Below are positions 39,210-49,975 of a stretch of 64,000 nucleotides of DNA, in pieces. This DNA is from Geosiphon pyriformis uo1 (taxonomy: Eukaryota; Fungi; Glomeromycota). The DNA lies in NCBI GenBank assembly GCA_016748015.1, contig JAAOMT010000760.1, forward strand, positions 234,219-298,218, written 5' to 3'. Numbering within the stretch: the first letter of the stretch is position 1; every line of letters begins with the position of its first letter. The notes under the pieces are model-generated. The model saw only the letters and a list, made by a program, of their open reading frames with translations. It was not told the origin of the DNA and made no database searches. The position numbers and the translations under genes were made by a program.

Positions 39210-40755
39210 TGTTGCCTTGTCTGGCCTAAGTGGCTAGCCACATGTAGAAAGTGCGTGAACTGCATTTAGTTTGAGCCTCTTAGTTTGGTTCTATGTACTA
39301 GATAACAGTTGGACTACACTTGTTAAACTTATCAAAAAAAAAATGCTTTTGGTATTTTTAATATTAGTACTTCTGTTAAATTAAAGTTTATTAATTTGTG
39401 GCAATATGTTATTATTATTTTAAGAATTTTTTTTTGCTGCTATTGCTTTTAATAATTAGTCTGTATTAATAAAAAAAGACAGTATTTAAATTTTTTTTAA
39501 TTAGAGAAAAATTATTATTTTTAAAAACTTATTTAATATTAAATTGGTCAATTTTTTTTTAATTATACTATCTTTAAAATCAGTAATATAATTTTTTAGA
39601 TTGATAATTAAATCTGTTTTATTTTCTATTTTTCTAATTTTTATTATTATTAACATTTTATTGTTATTATTTTTAAGTTTTATAAAATATTAGAGTTTAT
39701 TATAATAAAAGCTAATATTTTGTACAAATATCATATTTAATAGAAAATTTCTGAGTATTGCTACTGTTACAAATATTAAAATTTAGATTATTTGTTTGTT
39801 AAATACAAAATATTCTCATTTTTTTCTTTTAAGTTGTTTTTTTAATTTGTTATTAATTTTAAGTCTTTTATGTTTTTTTTGTAAGTAAAAAGTTTTATAC
39901 TAAGATTTTTGTTTTTTTGGCTTTTTTTTTTGTTATTTTTCTGGTTGTTTCTGTTGCTAATTCTGTTATTAAGTTTAAATTAAATTTTTTAGAAATTCAA
40001 ATTTTAAGCTTGACTGTTTTAATAAAATTTGTTATTAAATCTATTGGTTTTTTGGTTATTTTAGTTATCAATCTTCTAAACAATAATACTAACAAGATTT
40101 TTTGAATAAAAAAAATCAGTTCTTTATAAGATGTATATTTAATAATTTTGTTAATTTTTTGGTTAATGTTTTTAAAAATATTATTTGTTTTAAGTCTAAA
40201 ACTAATTTTAATAAAATAGATTATAATAAAATACTTATTGCTAAATCTTTTTTTCTAAATAAAAATACTATTAAATATATTATAATTTTATAATATATAT
40301 TAAGTTTTAATATTAAAATAGTGTTAAGTTAACTAAATTGTTTTTTAGTAAGTTTATTTTTGATTTTAAAAATTTAAATAGTATTATTAAGAAAATTAAT
40401 AGATTAAATCTACTTCCAAATTTTTTTGCTTTAATATAATATTGTTTTAATTGGCTTAAGTAATTGATTATATATAAAAAATACATGAATTATATTTAAT
40501 TTAGATTACTTAATTTAATATATTGTACTAGATTATAGTTAAGTGTTATTTATTAAACATAATAAAAATAAAAAAATATTATATATTTATTTATAATAAT
40601 AGCATTATATAAAAATTTTATTTTTAAAAATTTATTCAAAAAAAAATATATAATTTATTATTATTTTAAAGCCAATTAAATTTTTGTATAATTTAATAAT
40701 AAATTATTATAATAAAATTTGGTTATTAAAATTAAGTTTAAAATTAATATAAAAA

Positions 40756-40793
40756 TAGGCTTTTGGGTCTCACTCGTTAAAAGTTAAAAAAAA
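40756..40793 (+). mobile_element. Extremely 5'-truncated LINE tail (~35 bp)
   Basis: TGGGTCTCACTCGTTAAAAGTT(A)n matches the last bases of B1 (TGGATCTCACTTGTTAAA) and B2 (TGGACTACACTTGTTAAA). Confidence 0.65.
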
Positions 40794-42252
40794 TAATAAT
40801 AATAATAATTTGATATTTAAGTTTAGTTTAATTTTTTTTGATTAATAATTTATTTAATGTTTTATCTAATAATATAATATATTTATTTAGTATTATTAAG
40901 GTATTTAAAATAAGTTTTAATTTATATTTACATAGTTTATTTTTTTTAAATTTAATAGTAAAATTATAAAATAAATAAATATATAATATAGTTTTAGTTA
41001 GCTTAAATAACTAGTCATATATAATAAATTGTAAATCATATTTAGTTTAAAATACTTAATTTACTGTATTGTATTAAATAATAATCAAGTTTTACTTAAT
41101 AAAATTGTAAAATAGTTAAATAATAGTTTTTTATTTAAATAATAATAATAATTATTAAAATTAGTTTTAATTAATATATAGTTAAAGTGCTTAATATATT
41201 AACTTTTAGATAATTATTATTATGTTTAAAAACAAAAAAAAATTGTTTTTATATGTAATTTTTACTAATTATTTTATTAAATTATTTAATTTTAAGAATT
41301 AAATTAATTAAATAAAAACCAAATTACTTTTTTTTAAAAATAATGTTGATTTTAATAATATTTAAAAAATATTTACTAGTTAATAAAAATTATTTAAGTT
41401 TATAATTTTTATTTTAATGTTTAAAACTATTAAAATTAAATTAATTTATGTTAAGATTATATTTTAATTTTTACATAATTTTTTTGATTTAAAATTAAGT
41501 ATTAAAAACAATATTAAGTTTTTTGGTATTTTAAGCTAATTATTAATATTTTACATAAATTTTTTGAATTTTTAATAAAGATAACAAAAATATTGTTTTA
41601 AAAAAACTTAAAAAAAAATTATTTCATAATTAAAAACTGGTTTAATTTATTATTTAAAAAAACATTTTAATAAAATACTATTTAATTGTTTTTATAGTTA
41701 AAAAAACTTTTTGAATAGAATTATTACAAAAAAAAGTTTCTTTTTTATTTTAATTATAATTATAAAATATAAAATATTATAAAAATAAATACTATTCAAA
41801 AAGCAAAAAATTTTGTTAATACATAACAATAAATTTGCAATATATAATTAAAATTAAAAACAATAAAACAAGAACTGAGCATTTTATTAACATTAAAAAT
41901 TACAAAATAAAATTAACATTGCAGTTATCAACAAATATTTGGTATTATTATACAACGCTTTTAAATATAGTGTAAAAAGTATGCAAAAGAATTATATTTA
42001 ATGTGAATTTTTTACGTCACTAATTTTGATATTATTGATAGAGCTGCAAATTGATGACAATAGATCGTCAAAACATTAATTCCAAATGTAATTTTCTTTT
42101 GAAGCTTTCAGTGACAACGATTTTCAACTCTGCAAAATCTTTTCGCGAATATAAAAAATACTCAAGTGTACTTGACAACTTTTGACCACCTAAAGATTTT
42201 CAGTAATTCCAAGCTTAACCTAAACACCGCCCTTTTGATCCTCAAGGAAGCG

Positions 42253-45200
42253 ATGAATAAACTAAATGAGGGCCAAGAAAGCTTTCCTTCAGTGGAAACT
42301 GTAGGTGCCGTCATCCCTCAAAAAAGATTGTCCCTGCGCACTTCTTTTCCACGCAATACCAAAAAGTCCAAAGTAACATGGATTGAAACGACGTTGAATC
42401 AGGTTGAAATATTAGATCAAGAAGAGGTTGATTATTATGAACAAGCTAGCGCAGATATAGAATTTTTTAGCTCCCCGCGGCCACTACTCGCCAGGCGCAA
42501 GAAAAATGATTTAAAACATAGTTTTAACTTAGATAAGGTGATTGAGATTGGGTCTGATACGGAAAACAAATCCCCTACCATTGGGAAACAAGCTTTCGAA
42601 TCTATCAACACTCCAATAGTACTTGTTCCTGAGACTCCCGAATATGTTCGTGATGATTGTATAGAAGAGATCCGGCTAAATATGAACAATTGTAGCATGG
42701 CTGCCGAGAATGAAAAAAGTGTTGATCAATATAAACAATTGTATAGGATTCATAACCAATCTGAGAAAGCTTCCCTCTTGTGCGAGAAAGAAAACACCAT
42801 AGACAATGATTTGATATCATTTTCCCCCGATAGGGATCAAGGTATTAGTACATACATGGACATTAGTGATCAAGAGCAAAATGCCTTGGTCCCAAATAAG
42901 ACTCCAGTACAAAATACGGAGCATCACAGTGAAGACGGAGACTATAGTACCGAAGAAACCTGTGCTTCTGGTTTTGAAAAACATGACCCATTTGATGACG
43001 AAAAAACTCTTATGGTAAATTTCCATTAAAGATTTTTATGATTCATATCAGTTCAAAACATTAAAAGCGATTTATATTTATTTTCAATTAAGTTAACCGA
43101 TTCGAAAATATCTAAAGGTAGTGATTATTTGTAATGTAATATTATCTAAAATCAGATCTAAATATATATATACATATGTGGTACATTGCACAGAACAACT
43201 TGAATTTATCATGGCTGATATAGAGGAAGAGGGTCGATCGTTTTTCCAAGAAATCAAAGAAGAAAATAGTAAGGTAAAAATAGCGAATTTTGGTTTTTCA
43301 CAAAGGTGTTATTGGGATTTGTGTTATACTAACCTGTTGTGTATCAAATCAGAAAATTTCTATCTTTCCAGTTGACAACCCCAAAGAATCTGAACACATG
43401 CAGGTGCAGGGGTTACGAAGCTTTTCCACCGGTATATTAATATTATTTGTTCGATTTGATTTTTATATTCTCATATCAATTGTATTTTTGAATTATCTAG
43501 ATGGATATAAAAGGCCTTTGGTTCAATCATTATTTGAAAGAGAGTTAAAAAGTGTGCCCTTTTTTCAAAAGGTTTGAACCTTCATAATGTTTGTGGTATA
43601 TTAATTCACTTGCTTTAAATATACAACCCATGACATCTTTAAAATTAGCGGACACTATCTACTCAAGTGGCCTTTAATCGGCTTGAAATGGCCACAACTT
43701 TTCATGGGTGTAGTGGGGATATAGTTGATATGAGTTTTAATGAGAGGATCAGGTTAGTTTGATTAATCTTATGGTATGGACAACTAATTTCAGTAACTCA
43801 GACTAATAATTTATACAGGCCAAAACTAGCAATGTGCTGCATAGCCAATAATGATCCTTCTTATAATTCTACCGGAAACTTAAAATTCTGGGATATTTGT
43901 AATGGTAAGTCAGTTTTAAGATCGAAGTCTGGGTGAAAAGAAAGCTAACCAGGCAATTTGAATGCTTTTTCCGAAATTGATCCTGCTTTGGGTATAGTAT
44001 AGTCTAATATTTTGGCGAGTCAGCCCCGTTAGCCTGCTCAATAAGTATGCTGCTCATTCTAAAGACGGAGCAAGTGTATGGATGTTTAAATGCAGTAATA
44101 GTTTTTAGGTTTTAGGATCAATCAATTTAACCATTAATAAAAACTAACAAACTTATTTTGAAGGTACATTGTATTCATTAATTGGACATCATGTTGACAA
44201 TTTCAATCGACAGCCATCACAACCAGAATGTAAGCAGTTATTTGATCTTTTTTATCAAGATTATCAAGCCTATCATCACAGAGTCATAATGAGTCACACA
44301 ATTTCAAGAGTTGGGAAAATATTCAATTTGCTTTTTCTTAATAGACCGTATAATAATTATTCTTTCATATCTTTGATTGCGAATAGATCTTAACAAAACC
44401 GTTACAGATGTTAAGTTTTCTTCTACTGGAAATCATATTTTTTCTTGTTCTTTTGATAATACATGCAAGGTAATCTTTAATCATTTTTATTTAATCGAGA
44501 TTAATTATTTTTTAATGGTTGGTTTATTTTAGGTTTGGGATTCAGAAAAAACGCCTGGACAGTTATTGCAAACGATTTGTAAGCATTTTTGAAATTTATT
44601 TTAATTTTTATTTATAAGTTATTCATTAAATCACTTGTATATTGGTAGCATGTCACAGTAGACTTCATAGATTAGCAGTTAATGCTAATCCCATAGGAGA
44701 AATCAAGGATCAATTTGCTTTTTGTGAAGACAATGGGTAAGTTTTAATACAATTACTAAAAATCTTTGAATAAATGTTTTTTTTATATTTTTTATAAATT
44801 ATATTAGGAACGTGAGCCTTTACAATAAATATGAAAGAAGAAAGAAGTTTGAACTTGCCTGCACATTCAGTAATAAATCATGTGATTCACGTGTAGCTAG
44901 CGATCTTGCATTTGGTAAAAAGCGTTCTGCGGGTACTTTGGTAGTCTCGTATGATGGTAATAATAATAAAGGGATTGGGGCTGTCAAAATATGGGATTTA
45001 GAAAGCCGCACAAGGATTTTGGCTTGTAAAGGAGTGAGGCGTAGTGTATCTTGTCTTGCTGTTTCAAATTCGGGTAAGTAATATTTTTTTGTTATAATAA
45101 CTCGGTCGAGTTATACTTGATCCGTTCCATTCATGAAAGTATAGCTGTCGCTATGTAAACCACTCATAGTAAAGTCTTAATTCTACTGGTTTTCGAGAAC

Positions 45201-45918
45201 AAACTGAGGATTTATGTAAAATTACATAATAACCTTATTTTAATTTTAGGACTTTTTGGCGCTTGTGGAACTACTGGTTTAGGGGACGGGGAGGAAGGTG
45301 ATAGATTTCTCCGTCTCTTTAGCATGAAAAATGGGGAAATTCTTGGTAAAGGGCTTACCCAGGAAGTCGATGCCAATTTCGTAACTTTCTCCCCTTCGGA
45401 GATCTATGTTGGACTGGGCGGGGGTAAAAATGCGGCCACAATATTTGACATGAGATTCATGAAAAAACCAGTTGTCACATTACAACATGAGGGTATATTT
45501 TTATATTAATATTTGGGACTTGAACAATTGAAATGAATTTAATTTTTTAAACATTTTAAAGATCCTACAGCAGGTTTGCCACATGAGGGCGTTAACTCGG
45601 CTTTATGGGCTTCAAATGATATAATTCTAACGGGCGGCGCTGATTCTTGTGTACGTGTATGGGATCTAAGGCTAGGTCAGCCTTTAATACGAAACTTTTC
45701 TGATCATGATAGTCCCGTCACTTCCATTGCCTTATCTTTGGGTAAGTATTGATTGAAAATATTAAAGCTATAAAATATCTAATTTAATGCTTTGTATAGG
45801 TAATATTTATATGGCTGTAGGTGTTGCGACGGGGCGTGCTTATCTCTATACTTCTGATTCAAAAACTCTTGAACTTTATAAAGATGGAGAACCTCGAACT
45901 GTCAACAATGAAAATTAA
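42253..45918 (+). CDS. WD40-repeat protein with acidic disordered N-terminus; probable Raf1/Clr8/Dos1 (DIM-9-like) CUL4-associated factor; 15 exons
   Basis: GT-AG exons join in frame: 42253-43014, 43093-43117, 43194-43273, 43353-43431, 43501-43571, 43649-43752, 43819-43904, 44164-44229, 44387-44469, 44533-44578, 44649-44736, 44808-45073, 45250-45492, 45562-45741, 45800-45918. WD repeats: FSCSFDNTCKVWD, VKIWDL, LTGGADSCVRVWDLR. The WD40 call is firm; Raf1-like orthology rests on recalled motifs and is less certain. Confidence 0.85.
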
Positions 45919-48112
45919 TCAATATTCCCATCTTTATTGTATCACTTGGGAAACAGTCCAGTTAAAATAACTTAAGGTTAGAGATGACCGATATAATCAT
46001 GACGAGCTTTAATGGCGAAAGATATTCATTTTCTAAACTAATTCTGAATCCCAAAAAATCAAGGGTCTTAGAATAATAGCTGTTTCAAACCTTTTGCAGT
46101 AGGTGTGAGAAAGTTTCCGAAATCTAGGATCTTTAAAATCTTGTAAATGGTGGAGAAATTCTTAACACTTTTAGATACAATCTTAATTAAAAAATTCTCA
46201 TCAGTTTTACCACAAAATTGATTGATATAATTATATAGGCAAACCAGTAATCTTAACCATTTTAAAATTGATTTAACAAAGGTCAAATTTTTAATTACAA
46301 ATTATGTTATTTACATTATATAAAAACAAACCTTTTTTTATATTTTAGTTTGTAGATTTTATTTTTTTAATAATACAATTTTTGGTTGTTTTAAACTTAA
46401 GTTTTTCTTTTAAAAAACATTAAAAACTGTTTTATGTTTTAAATTATTATTATTATTATTATTATTGTTAAAATAAGCTTTTTTTTAAAATTTAAAGCTT
46501 TTAATTTAAATAATAATAATAATAATATGTATATATATTTTGTTTAAAATAATTTAATATAAATTAAAACTATTTTTCTCTTGTTGATTTTCTGGTCACA
46601 ATGAAAGCATAAAAATATTAAAAAATTGGTTTTTCTTTTTTTCTTTTTTTTTTGTTATTTCAGCTATTTCTTTCAATATATCTTTGTTTATAACTATAAA
46701 TCCAATAAACTTTTTTGTTGATGGCTCTAATTCTAATTTGGCTAAGTTGACATCCCAATTTGGCATGAAAAAAAAACAAGTTGAGAATATTTACACTTAT
46801 AATACATCCTATAAGAAACCAAGGAAACTTGTAGTTAACAATAAATTGGTTGATTTATTTGCTGACTCTTTAAATGAAAATAGATAATATTAAGCCTAAA
46901 AAATTTGAAATAGCAAGGTTAGTAGTAAAACATGCAGTATTAATAATATTTCAAATATTAAAAATATAAAAAACATAATTGTTAAGAAAATTAGCTACAT
47001 ATAAAGTTCTAATATGTAGTCTGATTTAATTCAAATTCAATCAAACCACTGAACCAAACTGAACTTAAACAAAAAATTTGGCAAATTTTCAAACTCAAAC
47101 TTAAATCATATTTAAAATTACTAAACTTGAATCAAATCTGAACACATATAACAAGTTTGATTCAAGTTCAGTTTAAAGTTTATAAATATGTTAAGTTTAA
47201 CTATTAAAAATATTATATTATATTATATTATTATTTAATTTTCTTTTTAATAATTTTTGTATTTATAATCAAAAACACTATGCTGCTTTTATAATTTTAG
47301 ACACTAAATGAGACCTTATATCTGTAATTATATTTTTACATACAGAAAAAATATGTTCAACAGCAATAGATAATCTTTAGATTGTCAAATAATTACAAGT
47401 CATATATACAAGATAAAGAAATTATGTTTAATATATTTAAATATCAAATTATTAATAAAATATTAATTTAGATAAATATTTTTGTAATATATCTTTCATT
47501 ATGTTATTACATTTATTTTCTTATTGGTTATTTTTTTAGAAATATAACAATCAATTTTATTAAGTTTATTTTTCTTATTATTGTTAAAGTTTGTCTTTAA
47601 TATAGATTATATAATTGATGTTATAGTATTATTAAAATTGCTATTCAACAAAAAACTGTTATTTGTTATTAGTATAATATTTAATGTGTACTTTATTTCA
47701 AAGAGAGTACATATTTTAAAGATTTATTTATCATGTAAAAATTGAAAAATAAAACTGTTTAAATAAATTAATAACTTACAATTCTTTTATTTTATTAATA
47801 TTGTTATTCAAAAATTTTCTTTTTATAAAATAATGTAATTTTTTTCTTGGATCTAATACAGTATAAAATATTATAGTTGTATTTGTTTTAGAATAATATT
47901 TAATTAACTTTCTTCTTATTGTCTTAGCTGTCATAATAAATAGTAGATCTAATATTAAATATGTTAAATATATAATTAAATAAATATAATCGAAATTATA
48001 ATGTTTTACCAGTGTTACAGCTTATGAATTTAATAGAAATTATAAATAATATAAATTAGCCAATTATAAAATAGCACAGCAACAATTTATAAAAAGAAAT
48101 AATTTACAAATA

Positions 48113-48200
48113 ACAGCAAATACTATTTTACAATAGCAGCAAGCACTATCATGCAAAAGCAGCAAGCACTATTTCACAATAGCAGCAAGCACTATTTAAA
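48113..48200. repeat. Short tandem repeat (~21-23 bp, CAGCAAGCACTATTTCACAATAG) x4 inside the hAT
   Basis: Directly visible. Confidence 0.8.
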
Positions 48201-49635
48201 AATAATAGAAATAAAGTATTACAAGATATTATTTTGTAAAACAATTATTATATATATATACAATAGTTTTTAATGATGAAAAAAAAAACAGCTTTAACTC
48301 GAAGCAACAAATATCTAAATAAAATCTTATTCAAAAAGAATTAATAAAAATAATAAATTGAATAAACATTACAATTATAAGATTAACAATAGAATTCACA
48401 TATTTTCTCTAGTGAATAAAACTATTATTCTATCTCTAAACCCTTTGAAAGAATAATTTCTGATCAAGATTATTCACATAGTTACTAATTAAATTGAAAA
48501 AGCTTTATTATATACTTAAGAAAATCATGAAAAGATCATTAACATTCTATGTTTCTAGATTAGAGAAACACATTAGACAATTGCAAGGATAGCCTCAGAG
48601 AAGACTTCAAACAGCGGGTAGATTTCAGATTAGCCTTTGGAAAGAAGTACACAACATATAAAGACAACTAGAATTAAAAAAAAGACTTACATCACAACAT
48701 TAAGAGAAAATCTTTAGTATATTATTATTAATATCCAACACATAAAATCAAGGAACTCATGAGAGACTGATTGCAATTAAAATGAGATATCAACAATTAA
48801 AATATACCAAAAAAACACTCCTATAACACCAAATTTATTATTATCAATCATGTCTTTGATATGATTAAAAATAATATTAAAGAGAAAAATAATTAAGAAG
48901 ACAGTATTATTTAAACTGGCTAATATTTTAACTATAATATTCTTAAATAGTTCAAAAAATTTAGCAATTTTATTGAAAACAGCCCATTAATTGTGTAAAA
49001 TAACATATTAATAAAGGTTAATATAAATGTTAATAAGAGTATTTAATGCTTATAAATTTACAGTTAAAATTTTTATATTTAAAACATATAAAATTAAAAA
49101 TAAATGACTTGTTAATTTAAAAGATAACTTATTTTTAACCATATTGTAAGTAAAATTTTATTGAATAGAACAATCCAGAATGAGTTTATGATATTTAATT
49201 TAACATGTATTATAGATATATTCAAGAAGCTTAAAATGTTAAAGTAAAATATAGATTGCAGAGTTAAATTTCTTAATTTTTAATTTATATAAAGTTTATA
49301 TTAGGAAAATTTTAAGTAAATATATTTAGTTTAAATTTTTAACAAATATTTTGAAAATATAATTTTTTATTTCATCTAGAACTGTCTGTACTGTTAAGTT
49401 TAAAATATGATTAAAGCATTAAAATTAAAGATTCTTCAAGTTCTATTGAATGTTTTTTTTTCTAATTTTCTTATTAACTTTTTTATAAAAATACTATTAT
49501 TTGTGGTATTATTAAGAGTAATAGCAAGAAGCTGTAAAAAAAATTAGGTTATAACTAATAAAATTAATAGAAAATTTGTATAAAAAGAGAATAAGTATAA
49601 CTTTTTTTTTAAAAAAATTTTAATTTTTTTGGCTA

Positions 49636-49975
49636 AAAATTTGGCTTAAGACAATAATAAAAACCACTTAAATTAATATTAAGAAAACATGGTTTTTGAT
49701 AATATGAACACTATAGTAATTCTGAGTCTTAAATAATACTAATATCAAAAATTTAGCTTTGGACCAATAATAAAAATCAACTTAAGCCAATATTGAAAAA
49801 ATATAATTTTTGATAATATGAACATTATAGTAATTTTGAATTTTAGATAATAATAATGCCAAAAATTTAGCTTTGAAACAATAATAAAAACCAACTTAAT
49901 CTAATATTAAGAAAACGTAATTTTTAATGATATGAGCACTATAATAACTTTAAGTCTTAAATAATACTAATATGC
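49636..49975. repeat. Three tandem ~113-bp repeats inside the hAT
   Basis: Units start at ~49636, ~49748 and ~49861 (AAAAATTTRGCTT...ACAATAATAAAAA...). Confidence 0.85.

Larger units (their letters stand above)
32478..39338 (+). mobile_element. Full-length LINE (subfamily B, copy B2) with 14-bp TSD AAAAATGCTTTTGG
   Basis: TSD at 32464-32477 and 39339-39352. Has 5' UTR, ORF1, ORF2, 3' UTR and poly-A. Confidence 0.96.
31545..40576 (+). mobile_element. ORF1-only LINE derivative, copy 2 (31545-32477 + 39353-40576), split by LINE B2
   Basis: Collinear with copy 1. Excising B2 restores the RRM (IKNAFGIFNISTSVKLKFINLWQYVII). Same 3' UTR at 40440-40576. Confidence 0.75.

Noticed and set aside
25792-40293. 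Short F/L/I/K/N-rich hydrophobic ORFs as membrane or organellar genes
   Set aside because: Their composition results from AT drift, and they align to LINE ORF1/ORF2 remnants.
42166-43029. Stand-alone 287-aa gene
   Set aside because: It is exon 1 of the WD40 gene. The first ATG is at 42253 and the donor at 43015 splices in frame.
46068-46286. 72-aa minus-strand ORF downstream of the WD40 gene
   Set aside because: Non-ATG start, no motif and no splice support.
49636-49975. CRISPR-like array (also 62940-63050 and 48113-48200)
   Set aside because: Contiguous tandem units without unique spacers, no cas genes, and a eukaryotic TE context.
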